In this document: positions 55,017-64,000 of the stretch, piece by piece | How positions within the stretch are numbered: position 1 is the stretch's first letter | How the letters are laid out: every line of letters begins with the position of its first letter | Assembly (NCBI GenBank): GCA_000004985.1 | Contig: GG738858.1 | Source: Naegleria gruberi | Taxonomy: Eukaryota | Direction: 5' to 3' (one strand) | DNA: 64,000 nucleotides | The notes under the pieces: generated by a model | Databases searched by the model: none | What the model saw: the letters and a program-made list of their open reading frames with translations, nothing else | What the model was told of the DNA's origin: nothing | Made by a program: the position numbers and the translations under genes

Positions 55017-56489
55017 GAAATTCTAAGTTTGGACAAAAAGTGTTTCGTGCAAGTTACATGGTCATAAATTAAACCTAACTGGGATTCATACGGATTCCAT
55101 GGTATTGAAATTTCCTTAATGGGAAGTCTACAGTTTGTTTGTCAACTATGAGTACGGACTGCATGACAAGGTCAACTTACAATTGGTTCCTCAACACTTT
55201 TAAACAAATTCCATTTTATTAATCACAAAGCTTACAATCTAACATGTTTCAGTGCACAAAATAATCTCTGTCAGAAAAATAAGCTTACTGGTACAGTTAT
55301 ATCTGCATACCAAATCAATTAATTTGGACGGTTGATATAGAACACAATTATGAGAGAACCAATAGAAAGTATGAATATTTGCAAGACCAGATACACAAAT
55401 CCATTTAGAATTTTAAAAAGATATTTTCTGTTTATCCGACTACACACCAATAAATACGAAAATAATGAGCTTTATTCTACACGCGCAATATATGATGTAA
55501 ACAACTTTGACATCATACCCATTCCACTTGAACTGTTTCAAAGAAATTTCATGAAATGCATACAGTCTTTTAAGAATTCAAGTTTGACGCCTCCTGTCCC
55601 TTTACCAATTTTAACCTGTAATTTGCACAAACCTAAATGGTACTTTTTGAGATAATTAAAAATGTGTCCTTGGATACGGTTAGAAAATAGGAAACCCATG
55701 CCATTTCATTTTCATGAATACTATAAAGGTTTTTTATAATGGAGTTTTAAAAGTAATTCAAGTTTGGACAAAAAGTGTTTCGTGTAAGTTACATGATCAT
55801 AAATTAAACCTAACTGGGATTCACACGGATTCCATGGTATTGAAATTTCCTTACTGGGAAGTCTACTGTTTGTTTGTCAACTGAGTACGGACTGCATGAC
55901 AAGGTCAACTTACAATTGGTTCCTCAACAATTTTAAACAAATTCCATTTTATTAATCACATAGCTTACAATCTAACATGTTTCAGTGCACAAAATAATCT
56001 CTGTCAGAAAAAAAAGCTTACTGGTACAGTTATATCTGCATACCAAATCAATTAATTTGGACGGTTGATATAGAACACAATTATGAGAGAACCAATAGAA
56101 AGTATGAATATTTGCAAGACCAGATACACAAATCCATTTAGAATTTTAAAAAGATATTTTCTGTTTATCCGACTACACACCAATAAATACGAAAATAATG
56201 AGCTTTATTCTACACGTGCCATATATGATGTAAACAACTTTGACATCATACCCATTCCACTTGAACTGTTTCAAAGAAATTTCATGAAATGCATACAGTC
56301 TTTTAAGAATTCAAGTTTGACGCCTCCTGTCCCTTTACCAATTTTAACCTGTAATTTGCACAAACCTAAATGGTACTTTTTGAGATAATTAAAAATGTGT
56401 CCTTGGATACGGTTAGAAAATAGGAAACCCATGCCATTTCATTTTCATGAATACTATAAAGGTTTTTTATAATGGAGTTTTAAAAGTAA
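55017..56489. repeat. Tandem direct duplication: 2 copies of a ~733-bp unit plus an 11-nt partial third start
   Basis: Copy 1 ~55017-55748, copy 2 ~55749-56482; each holds an identical 101-aa ORF (55350..55655, 56083..56388); junction motif aattcaagttt. Confidence 0.9.
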
Positions 56490-56539
56490 TTCAAGTTTAC
56501 AACCGGATGACATCCAGGTTACAATAAAATTAAAAAAAA

Positions 56540-57288
56540 ATGAAACAAGCAATCAAGCAACTCATTCGCACTTCCAAATCTTGTAAATTTTCTCCTCTTG
56601 CATCTACAAGTACATGCTTGTCAAGTACAGTGTCGATGACATCATCATCATTGAATAATATTTCTCGCAATTTTCATTCCGATCTTATTCATGAAGCCTT
56701 GCAAGAAAATTCCGAACAAGCACAAAAAACAACACACTATGCTACAACATCACTCGGAAAAACAACCAAAACACCAACAATATTCTATCAACGATCACCT
56801 GAGGAATGGGTTAAATTATTTAAATTGAGACAAGAATATGGAATTATTGGTCATATGGGATTTAGAATTGTAGATATTCCAAAAGGTGAGTTTGAATTAA
56901 AATTATATTGATGGAAGTTTGTTAAATATTGGTGGAAAAAGAGGGTGAATTGATTGCTGAAATGACAGCTTCTCAATTCCACATGGCTCCAAATCAATAC
57001 ATGCATGCTGCTTCGATTGTGTTTTTGGCTGATACTGCTGCTGGATTTGGATGCTATTGTAATTTACCAAGTACACATCACAAATTTACAACAATTGAAT
57101 TGAAATCCAATTTTATTTCATCATCAAAGGTTGGAAAACGTGTGGTTTGTAGAGCTCAATTAGTTCATGCTGGTAAATCAACTCAAGTGTGGGATGCTCT
57201 TGTTTTTGAAGATGAATTGGATAGTGGAAAATTGATGGCTACCTTTAGATGCACCCAAATTGTAATGGATTCTAGAGATAAACAATAA
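56540..57288 (+). CDS. Hotdog-fold acyl-CoA thioesterase (THEM2/PaaI-like), probably mitochondrial, 2 exons
   Basis: Exon 1 56540..56885 (...HMGFRIVDIPKG) joined across a 56-nt intron (56886..56941) to EGELIAEMTASQFHMAPNQYMHAASIVFLADTAAG...; S/T-rich presequence-like N-terminus. Confidence 0.65.
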
Positions 57289-57378
57289 CAGAGCAGCTCA
57301 GTTTGAAAATAAATCAATAGAAACCAGATTATTGAAACAGGTAATCTAATTCAATAGTAAGATTTTAAGGAAGTGCAT

Positions 57379-57496
57379 GGCTACGGCCATATCACGATGA
57401 AAGCACCTCATCCCGTCCGATTTGAGAAGTTAAGCATCGTCGAGCCACATCAGTACTGAGGTTGGAGACAACTTGGGAACCTGTGGTGCTGTAGTC
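57379..57496 (+). rRNA. 5S ribosomal RNA
   Basis: GGCTACGGCCATATCACGATGAAAGCACC...CCCGTCCGAT...AGTTAAGC...GGTTGGAGACAAC...GTGCTGTAGTC; 5'/3' helix I complementarity; ~118 nt; followed by TTTTT. Confidence 0.9.
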
Positions 57497-57501
57497 TTTT
57501 T
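57497..57501 (+). terminator. Pol III T-run terminator of the 5S gene
   Basis: TTTTT immediately after the 5S 3' end. Confidence 0.7.
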
Positions 57502-57528
57502 ACTTCATAGTCAATAGTCAACCAATAA

Positions 57529-58818
57529 ATGATGTGCAAGGTTTTTTACAAAATAAAAAAAATGTCTTTACAACCTCTCAAAGAAACCATCACAATAGGA
57601 CTTATAGGGGATTATTCTTATTTTGCTGAACGATTTTTCAAGCAATTTAAACTAATTTCAAAATCCAGAACCATCAATTTCGATCACATTGTTTCCGATA
57701 CGAGTAAATTAATTCAATTTGTGAGCATTGCACCTTTTCAATGCTCCATCACAAATATGAACAAGGCTTTGGTAGTCTCGGATTATGCTATTATAATTGT
57801 AGGAACTAATGTTGATGAGGATATCATGAAAAAACGATTAGTAGATTGTATTCGAATGGTGAATTATTCGTTAATGGATAGAATTTTATTGGTGGTGGAT
57901 GATTATAGGAATGGTAAATATGATGATGATAGAGGTTACGATTGGATTAGAGAAGTGATTAGAAAGGAATCAATGGTTGAATTTACCTATGATATATTAT
58001 ATTGGAATTCATTTGACAAATTAAATGATTGGATCAAGTCGTTGCCTGTTAAAAAGGATATTGAACGATTGGCTTCTCAACCTGTAAGAGTGCGAATGTT
58101 GCAAACTGTTTATGCTTATGGTAGAAAGTATAGGCAGTTTAGTTATTGTCTTTTTAAAGTATTAAGTGGAATAGTTCATCAAGGTCAGGACATTTGTTTT
58201 AATACCAACAATGGAGAAAAAAAATTTAAAGTGAATGGCCACTATAATTACTCAGCTCTATCTAATAATATTGAAAGGCCAAAAGTATTTCTACCAGGTC
58301 AAATATTCTGTGTTGCCAATTGTTTAATGGAATTGATTCCTGAAGATAGTTGTACGGAGTATAAACACTTTATTAGTGGAAATTACTACTCTGAAATGAC
58401 CAAGAAAATTAAGGTAGACTCTTTTTGGATTGAATATACTCATTTCGGCTCAAACAATATCAGTAAGGAAATATTTGTAAATAGAATATGTTTGATTTTT
58501 TGCAACTCGAAACTATGTGGACGAATAGAACGAATAAAAAATTCTGAAGGAAAGGGAATGAGAATTGAGATTAAGGTGTTTGACAGGGTTCAATCAGGGC
58601 ACGACAGGTTATTTTCTCAACATGGCTTCCTAACAACATTCGAAAAGAGTTTCCAATTTGGAAGGGTTTTACTAGGTAATAGAAAGGAAATGATTGGCTT
58701 TGGAAAAGTAATATCAGTAATTTATCAAGACATGGACACGAATACCTTGCTTATTGAACATCCCATAAGCTTATTTTCAAAAATTCCAAAGCACTTAAAA
58801 GATATTCATATTGTGTAA
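57529..58818 (+). CDS. Hypothetical protein, possibly a degenerate translational-GTPase (EF-Tu/eIF2-gamma-like) fold lacking canonical GTP-binding motifs
   Basis: 429-aa ORF; GLIGDYSYFAERF at the P-loop position, IIIVGTNVDED at the NKxD position, then beta-barrel-like segments (GQIFCVANCL, GRIERIKNSEGKGMRIEIKVFD); tentative. Confidence 0.45.
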   Translation: MMCKVFYKIKKMSLQPLKETITIGLIGDYSYFAERFFKQFKLISKSRTINFDHIVSDTSKLIQFVSIAPFQCSITNMNKALVVSDYAIIIVGTNVDEDIMKKRLVDCIRMVNYSLMDRILLVVDDYRNGKYDDDRGYDWIREVIRKESMVEFTYDILYWNSFDKLNDWIKSLPVKKDIERLASQPVRVRMLQTVYAYGRKYRQFSYCLFKVLSGIVHQGQDICFNTNNGEKKFKVNGHYNYSALSNNIERPKVFLPGQIFCVANCLMELIPEDSCTEYKHFISGNYYSEMTKKIKVDSFWIEYTHFGSNNISKEIFVNRICLIFCNSKLCGRIERIKNSEGKGMRIEIKVFDRVQSGHDRLFSQHGFLTTFEKSFQFGRVLLGNRKEMIGFGKVISVIYQDMDTNTLLIEHPISLFSKIPKHLKDIHIV

Positions 58819-58854
58819 TGTTATTATCTAAGAGTTAATTAAGCCAAAAGGATT

Positions 58855-58937
58855 TGCCAGCGGTGGGGTTCGAACCCACGAACCCATTCGGGATAAGATC
58901 TTAAGTCTTACGCATTTGACCACTCTGCTACGCGGGC
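58855..58937 (-). tRNA. tRNA-Leu (anticodon UAA), type II with long variable arm
   Basis: Minus strand reads GCCCGCGTAGCAGAGTGGTCAAATGCGTAAGACTTAAGATCTTATCCCGAATGGGTTCGTGGGTTCGAACCCCACCGCTGGCA: D-arm, anticodon loop CTTAAGA, variable stem-loop CCCGAATGGG, T-arm GTGGGTTCGAACCCCAC; one C-T mismatch in the acceptor stem. Confidence 0.85.
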
Positions 58938-59013
58938 TGGTGATAACGAATAATTTTTCTATTTCAAACACACACGATCTAGGATAAAGGTTTTGATTTT
59001 CATAATTATCCCT

Positions 59014-60027
59014 TTAATAATTTACAAAAGTTGCTTTTCTCTTTGTCTTTGGTGGAGGTTTAACACTAAATGACGAAACTGCATTCTTTCCATATTGATA
59101 AGTCGCATATTCCTCTAGCTCATTACTATCCCACAATTCATCGTTATCGTCATCATGCTCCTCTTTTTGACAACCTACAATCTGCCCCACTTTTAAGAAT
59201 AATTGTCTATAGATAGTATCCAATAATTCAAAATGATGAAACGACTCATCGATTCCATCATATCCAACTGGCTCATAACCAATATCAAATACACTCTGCA
59301 TGTTACTCACAATATACTTTGAATTGTTCTTGTAGAAATTACTCCCAATTGCATGATCATTTCTATTCATATGGTATTTTAAATTGTTGATTAGCACATA
59401 ACCTTTATCCGTTAGTGAAAATTTAAGAACTACAGGAAATCCACAATAGGAAAAGATAATGCATTCAGTTTCTTTCAGATCTTGTGAGAGTAAATAAACC
59501 CAACAGTGGGCATTAATTATTTTGAATTCAATGTCACATATATCCATAAATTTGACACTTTCAAAATCTTGCAATAAATATTTCATTTCATTTGCCTCAT
59601 TGACTTTCCTTACCATCTCCTTCAAGTATTTCACATTATTCTTCTTTCTACTATTAAAAGAAGCGAATATGTCCCCAATTTTAGAATATTTTCCTCGTTC
59701 ACCAGGTGTTTTATAAACCTTGATGAGTAAGTTCAATAATTCAACATGACTTTTCAAATTATTCACAAGAGAAGGTCCTCTAATGTTGCTCCTGTCAGTG
59801 CTAGTATTAAACTCAAAGCCTAAACTCAACAAAATTCTCAGCCTTTCCTTCGCATCATTGTTTAATTGGAAGAAATGATGTAAATAGTCCCTTGCAAAAT
59901 TTTCATCACGACAAATGGTAAACCAGTGTTTGTTTACGAGTTGGATGCTGGCTAGTTGATATGGGCAGAGGTAGAGAAACAGCATTTGTAGCAAATCGTC
60001 ATAGAGTGGATGGCGGAGTAATGACAT
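59014..60027 (-). CDS. F-box-like protein
   Basis: N-terminal LYDDLLQMLFLYLCPYQLASIQLVNKHWFTICRD fits the F-box consensus; 337 aa. Confidence 0.45.
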   Translation of the reverse strand: MSLLRHPLYDDLLQMLFLYLCPYQLASIQLVNKHWFTICRDENFARDYLHHFFQLNNDAKERLRILLSLGFEFNTSTDRSNIRGPSLVNNLKSHVELLNLLIKVYKTPGERGKYSKIGDIFASFNSRKKNNVKYLKEMVRKVNEANEMKYLLQDFESVKFMDICDIEFKIINAHCWVYLLSQDLKETECIIFSYCGFPVVLKFSLTDKGYVLINNLKYHMNRNDHAIGSNFYKNNSKYIVSNMQSVFDIGYEPVGYDGIDESFHHFELLDTIYRQLFLKVGQIVGCQKEEHDDDNDELWDSNELEEYATYQYGKNAVSSFSVKPPPKTKRKATFVNY

Positions 60028-60523
60028 TTTTTTTTAAAATGTTTATTTTTTGGAAGAGTTTACAATATCCATCACGAACTGGATAATTAGCATCGAGAAA
60101 AAAGACTTTATTAATTATTCTAAATTAATATTAAAATATTTCATAGCAAGTTAAATAATAAACGAGGAAAATTATTCTGTTAAGAAGATTTTTGCGGTCT
60201 CATAGTTTACAGGGCAACCATATATGGAATTGACTCATTTGGAAGGATAATGGAAGAAATAATAGAAAGTACAGTTTATAGATATTACTTTACAATCTCA
60301 ACGTTTTTCAAGCTGTTTACTATCAACTGGTTAATAGATGGCCAGCTTTTTGGAATCTTATTCGAAACTCACATCAACACTAAAATAAGGTGGCATTGCC
60401 CTTCAAATATTGTTTTCACTTGGGTTGTCAAGTTAAGTTCTAATTACAACAGAAATATATGTTTCAGGCATGGGGGAAATGTGGAGTTTTGTCTGAGAAT
60501 GCTCTGGAAGAATCTAGAAAAAA

Positions 60524-61579
60524 ATGTCAGACAATACAAATCTTGTAGCAGACGACATGTTAACAAGTTATGGTACCTCTACATGTAAAGGTATGGATGG
60601 ACATACCCAGAAGAGAAGGAGAATACTGCAGTCTAATTCATTTCTGGATTCACTACTTTGTCAGTTTTTTGGTATTTCACATGCAATATTTATTGTGAAA
60701 ACATGTGCCACAAAGAAGAGATTCACACAATTCATCAAGTACTTGATAAGACTCTTTCTATTTCTCATCTTTTTTGGAGTTTCTTCAATGATTGGTAAGA
60801 TAGTCACCATGGTATTCGTTGTGCCAAGAGTTGATGTGCATGCACCACCTGCTTCTGATATTTTACTGGATACTTTTTCACATGCAAATCCTCAAGCATT
60901 CAAAGCAACAGAAATCATGACAGCTTGTTTGGTTTTTCTACTGGTTATCATTAGTGTTGTGCATGGAAGGGAGAGGAGTTTTATTCTGTATAGATTCTTG
61001 TTTATTAGTGGAACCCTAATCAATTTGAGAACTCTATGTATTAGTATAACAACATTTAGTATTCCGTCGAGGGAGCTCTCTCATCAGTGCTCCAAACTCC
61101 AAGAGCTGACTCAAGACAAGTTGTTGTGGAAATCTGTTAACTTTTTCGAGTTTAGTGAAACATGTGGTGATTATGTCTTCTCTGGACATGCCACAGCACT
61201 CATCATTGTAGCATGGTTTGTTTGGTATTATGGAAGGAGTATTTCAATAGTGTCATCGAAATTCCCACCAGTGTTCAACAAGTTGATGAATTTCCTCTTG
61301 GTGAGTTTGGTGATTGTTGGATGCATGTGTATTCTGTTTGCTAAGGAACATTATTCGGTCGATGTGGTTTTAGGAGGAGTGATATCGATCATGTGGTGTA
61401 TACTGTATCATTTGTTGTTGGAAGGATATAGAAGACAATGTGAGGAGAAACATGTCGGAGAGGAAATTGAGAAGTGCGGAAAATGTTCTGTACAGTTGTG
61501 TATCCATTTATGGTTTAGAATGGTAGAAGGCAATTGGAAGAAGCACGAGGATTCAGAAAGTGTTTATAATATCCTTTGA
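60524..61579 (+). CDS. Sphingomyelin-synthase-family (SMS/SMSr-like, PAP2-C fold) membrane protein
   Basis: SMS D3/D4 motifs CGDYVFSGHATALIIVAWF and HYSVDVVLGG plus 6 TM helices; an upstream 5' exon near 60250-60400 is possible. Confidence 0.7.
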   Translation: MSDNTNLVADDMLTSYGTSTCKGMDGHTQKRRRILQSNSFLDSLLCQFFGISHAIFIVKTCATKKRFTQFIKYLIRLFLFLIFFGVSSMIGKIVTMVFVVPRVDVHAPPASDILLDTFSHANPQAFKATEIMTACLVFLLVIISVVHGRERSFILYRFLFISGTLINLRTLCISITTFSIPSRELSHQCSKLQELTQDKLLWKSVNFFEFSETCGDYVFSGHATALIIVAWFVWYYGRSISIVSSKFPPVFNKLMNFLLVSLVIVGCMCILFAKEHYSVDVVLGGVISIMWCILYHLLLEGYRRQCEEKHVGEEIEKCGKCSVQLCIHLWFRMVEGNWKKHEDSESVYNIL

Positions 61580-62133
61580 TTCCTAACTATTCAAAATATC
61601 TTCAATCTAAGCCCAAAACTGCTTACTAGCATCTCTCCCAGAACCAATGAATACAAATATCAGTACACATCTCTCAAACAGTTCATAAAGCAAAAGATTT
61701 AATATAATAATTTGAAACACATGATATTTAGACAAAAACTGAAATACTTGGCACGTTTTTGGAAAATTCAATCACTCTCTCGGATACTCCAAATAATTGT
61801 ATTACATCTATTGTAAAAAACTTCCATTATTATTGTACATCTTTATAATAATTTGAGAGAGATTGAAAACATTTCAAATATCCTTCGGTTTAAAGCAAGC
61901 ATTACTTTCCCGCCAAAACTTCTTCAGTTCTCGAAATTCTAAAAATCCTCAAAAAAAAACAAGTCAATTAAGAGAGAGATTGTTCTTCGTTGGAGATTGA
62001 ATAGGCATTATCAAGTAAAACTGAGGATTTTCTAATAGGAAGAGGATCCATTCCGACTTTGTTCATTTAGTGTATATAGAATTGTTTCAAAAAACTCGAG
62101 TTTCTAATTCTTGTTCCATCGATTGGAAACATC

Positions 62134-63150
62134 ATGTCCTTAATGGTTAGGAATGTTCAGAAGAGAAGGTCGTTTCAAATGGCTTTCTTACTTGTAATAG
62201 TAGTAATTTTGAATTCAATCATCAATCAGCATTCAACATGTTTCGGAATGAAGTTGAACATTAATTTACAAGGAGGTGTGCAAGTGGCCGATTCTTTAGA
62301 GTTTCCCTTTATGGCCTCTCTTCAATATTCATCAGATCCTGCAGTGAATGCTCCAAATCATCGTTGTGGAGGAACCATCATTGCAAAGAAGTGGATTCTC
62401 ACTGCTGGACATTGTGTTGTGATGGATAGGAAAACTCTGGCAGCTGAAAAACTAACAGTGATGGTTGGGTCGAACAAATTGTCGACGTGTAGCTTGATTG
62501 GATTCTTTGATAAGAGTCAGTCAATTCTCAGATTTTGGAATTGTGTGAGAGCTAGAGTGAAGAATGTGATTGTGCATCCAACTTATTTGAGCTCTTTTAG
62601 TATTGCTGATGTGGCCTTATTGGAATTGTATGATGAGCTTCCGTTTAGTGCAACTATTCAACCTATTGCATTGACCCTGAAGAGGCCATCCTTTGATGTT
62701 CCTCATGTGGTCTCTGGTTGGGGTTATCATGATGAAACCAATAAGGTTGCTGATGTTTTGAGGAAGGGTTACCTCCCAATTGTTCCCGATGACAAGTGTA
62801 ATGCCTTGAGATTGGGAATGTCAACAGCAAGAGGACAAACTTGTGCTGGAGCTGGAGAAGGAGTGGATACATGTGCTGGTGATTCAGGTGGACCATTATT
62901 CTTCTTTCAAAACAGTAAATGGACTCAAACTGGATTGACCAGTTATGGACCAGCAGGTTGTGGAACAACAGCAAGTTATAGCAATCGAGGAGTTTACACC
63001 TCAGTCGATTTCTTTAGTAGTTGGATTATGCAACAGACCAACATTACTGCTCAGGGAAATGTTACAAGAATATTGTACAGTTCGAGCCCTAGAGCACCTT
63101 TACACATTTTTGCCTTACTACTTTCAATCGTTTTAGCATTTTTGATATAG
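62134..63150 (+). CDS. Secreted trypsin-like (S1A) serine protease with C-terminal hydrophobic tail
   Basis: Signal peptide; catalytic triad contexts TAGHC, D in DVALLEL, GDSGGP; C-terminal APLHIFALLLSIVLAFLI suggests a GPI anchor or TM. Confidence 0.8.
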   Translation: MSLMVRNVQKRRSFQMAFLLVIVVILNSIINQHSTCFGMKLNINLQGGVQVADSLEFPFMASLQYSSDPAVNAPNHRCGGTIIAKKWILTAGHCVVMDRKTLAAEKLTVMVGSNKLSTCSLIGFFDKSQSILRFWNCVRARVKNVIVHPTYLSSFSIADVALLELYDELPFSATIQPIALTLKRPSFDVPHVVSGWGYHDETNKVADVLRKGYLPIVPDDKCNALRLGMSTARGQTCAGAGEGVDTCAGDSGGPLFFFQNSKWTQTGLTSYGPAGCGTTASYSNRGVYTSVDFFSSWIMQQTNITAQGNVTRILYSSSPRAPLHIFALLLSIVLAFLI

Positions 63151-63214
63151 GTTTTGTAAATAACAAATGAGAATGTAAATAATAACAACAAATAAAATCT
63201 TATTAATTTGATCT

Positions 63215-63982
63215 TTAAAGACCTTTGAACATTCCTCCTGAAAAGGTCTCTCTTCCTTCTGTGCAGTTCTTGATAATCTTGAATGGCTCTGAGATGTGGA
63301 ATCTGCTATAGGTATCAAGTAAATTGTAAATTAATTCAATTTCCAAATTATCCATTATTGAACTTAATTCGTTCTTGTCAATAGAATCAAAATCCAAAAC
63401 TTCAATTTGAGTACACCAGTGCTCGAAGGAAACACGAGTTCTGGCAGAAATATTTACAGTCATTGGACTTCCGTTTTGAATGTACAAGTATTTCCACTCC
63501 AATACTTCTTTTTTAAAGTCTGGCCAAGTTTTGATGGACTCCTCAGAATTGTTAACCCACATTTCTTGATATTTTTTAGCTTGGAATGTTCTAAGCCAAA
63601 GGGATAGATTCTCCAATGAAAACTCAGACTTGCAAAATGCTTTGAAAATCTTCATTAAATGTTGCGACTCAATCAAAGAGTAAATTTCTGCAAATTCTGT
63701 CTTTGAATTTCTAATCCTTGTTTCCATTACCTTAATTTTGCTAGTAGCATATTTTGAATACAAAGAGGCAACGACTGCCACACCTCCATAAACTCCAATA
63801 AAGCAACAAGTCATTAATATTTCAAATGTATAGCTCAAGGAATCAAGAGTCAATAATTGATACACCTGCACCTCTGTCAACCCAGTATTGTACCTAAAAT
63901 CAAGACTTCTAAATCCTACAATATATGAGGCGATGAAAAATAGCATTCCAATAGTATAGATAACTGCGTCTACTCTAAACAA
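63215..63982 (-). CDS. RGS-domain protein with N-terminal TM helices (7TM-RGS-like); 5' end may lie beyond the window
   Basis: Hydrophobic helices then an RGS core (FCKSEFSLENLSLWLRTFQAKKY); ORF starts near the window edge. Confidence 0.5.
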   Translation of the reverse strand: MFRVDAVIYTIGMLFFIASYIVGFRSLDFRYNTGLTEVQVYQLLTLDSLSYTFEILMTCCFIGVYGGVAVVASLYSKYATSKIKVMETRIRNSKTEFAEIYSLIESQHLMKIFKAFCKSEFSLENLSLWLRTFQAKKYQEMWVNNSEESIKTWPDFKKEVLEWKYLYIQNGSPMTVNISARTRVSFEHWCTQIEVLDFDSIDKNELSSIMDNLEIELIYNLLDTYSRFHISEPFKIIKNCTEGRETFSGGMFKGL

Positions 63983-64000
63983 TAATCGGTCGTTTGTAAT

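Noticed and set aside
55017-56489. Idea that the 733-bp tandem repeat is a spliced-leader RNA gene repeat (SL-5S type)
   Set aside because: The nearby 5S is outside the repeat rather than in each unit. No convincing SL exon, donor and Sm-site architecture or known SL sequence is present. The repeat contains a 303-nt ORF, which SL repeats do not; this is kept only as a remote possibility
1-64000. Searched for CRISPR arrays, prokaryotic operons or defence islands, large transposons and a rDNA large-subunit unit
   Set aside because: The sequence has clear spliceosomal introns, eukaryotic gene content and Pol III genes. It has no direct-repeat/spacer arrays, no RT, transposase or integrase ORFs and no 18S/28S segments. 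Apart from the 733-bp duplication and one small inverted-repeat element, I saw no mobile DNA

Overview
This 64-kb window is AT-rich (~65% AT) eukaryotic nuclear DNA, read from the sequence alone. The lineage is unresolved; gene content and style would fit an amoebozoan-like or other compact protist or early-diverging fungus, and I cannot confirm any of these. The window is extremely gene-dense, with about 50 protein-coding genes at roughly 1.3 kb per gene. Typical start contexts are A-rich (aaaaATG), and TAA is used as a stop codon. Recognisable products include succinyl-CoA ligase beta, SAM synthetase, PFK-2/FBPase-2, GPN3, phytochelatin synthase, a DHHC palmitoyltransferase, Rit1-like, penta-EF-hand, rhodanese, HemK-like methyltransferase, Rab5-like and Rac/Rho GTPases, Arp4-like, VAMP7, pyridoxamine-phosphate oxidase, a POT peptide transporter, protein kinases, an ankyrin protein, a NOX-type ferric reductase with a DOMON-like N-terminus, SMS-like and nSMase-like sphingolipid enzymes, a trypsin-like S1 protease and a 7TM-RGS protein. 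Spliceosomal GT-AG introns are tiny, mostly 37-58 nt, with probable 4-5-nt micro-exons and a clustering of introns at 5' gene ends. The window also carries a 5S rRNA gene, a tRNA-Leu(UAA) and a ~733-bp tandem duplication holding a small ORF that differs between copies only at synonymous sites. Genes are packed with stop codons of convergent pairs 1-27 bp apart, start codons of some divergent pairs 10-19 bp apart, and same-strand neighbours 30-100 bp apart. I found no CRISPR arrays, prokaryotic operon signals or clear transposons. The ORF table labels TTG/GTG codons as M, so several CDS starts below have been moved to the first in-frame ATG. Exon boundaries I derived by hand may be off by 1-2 nt.
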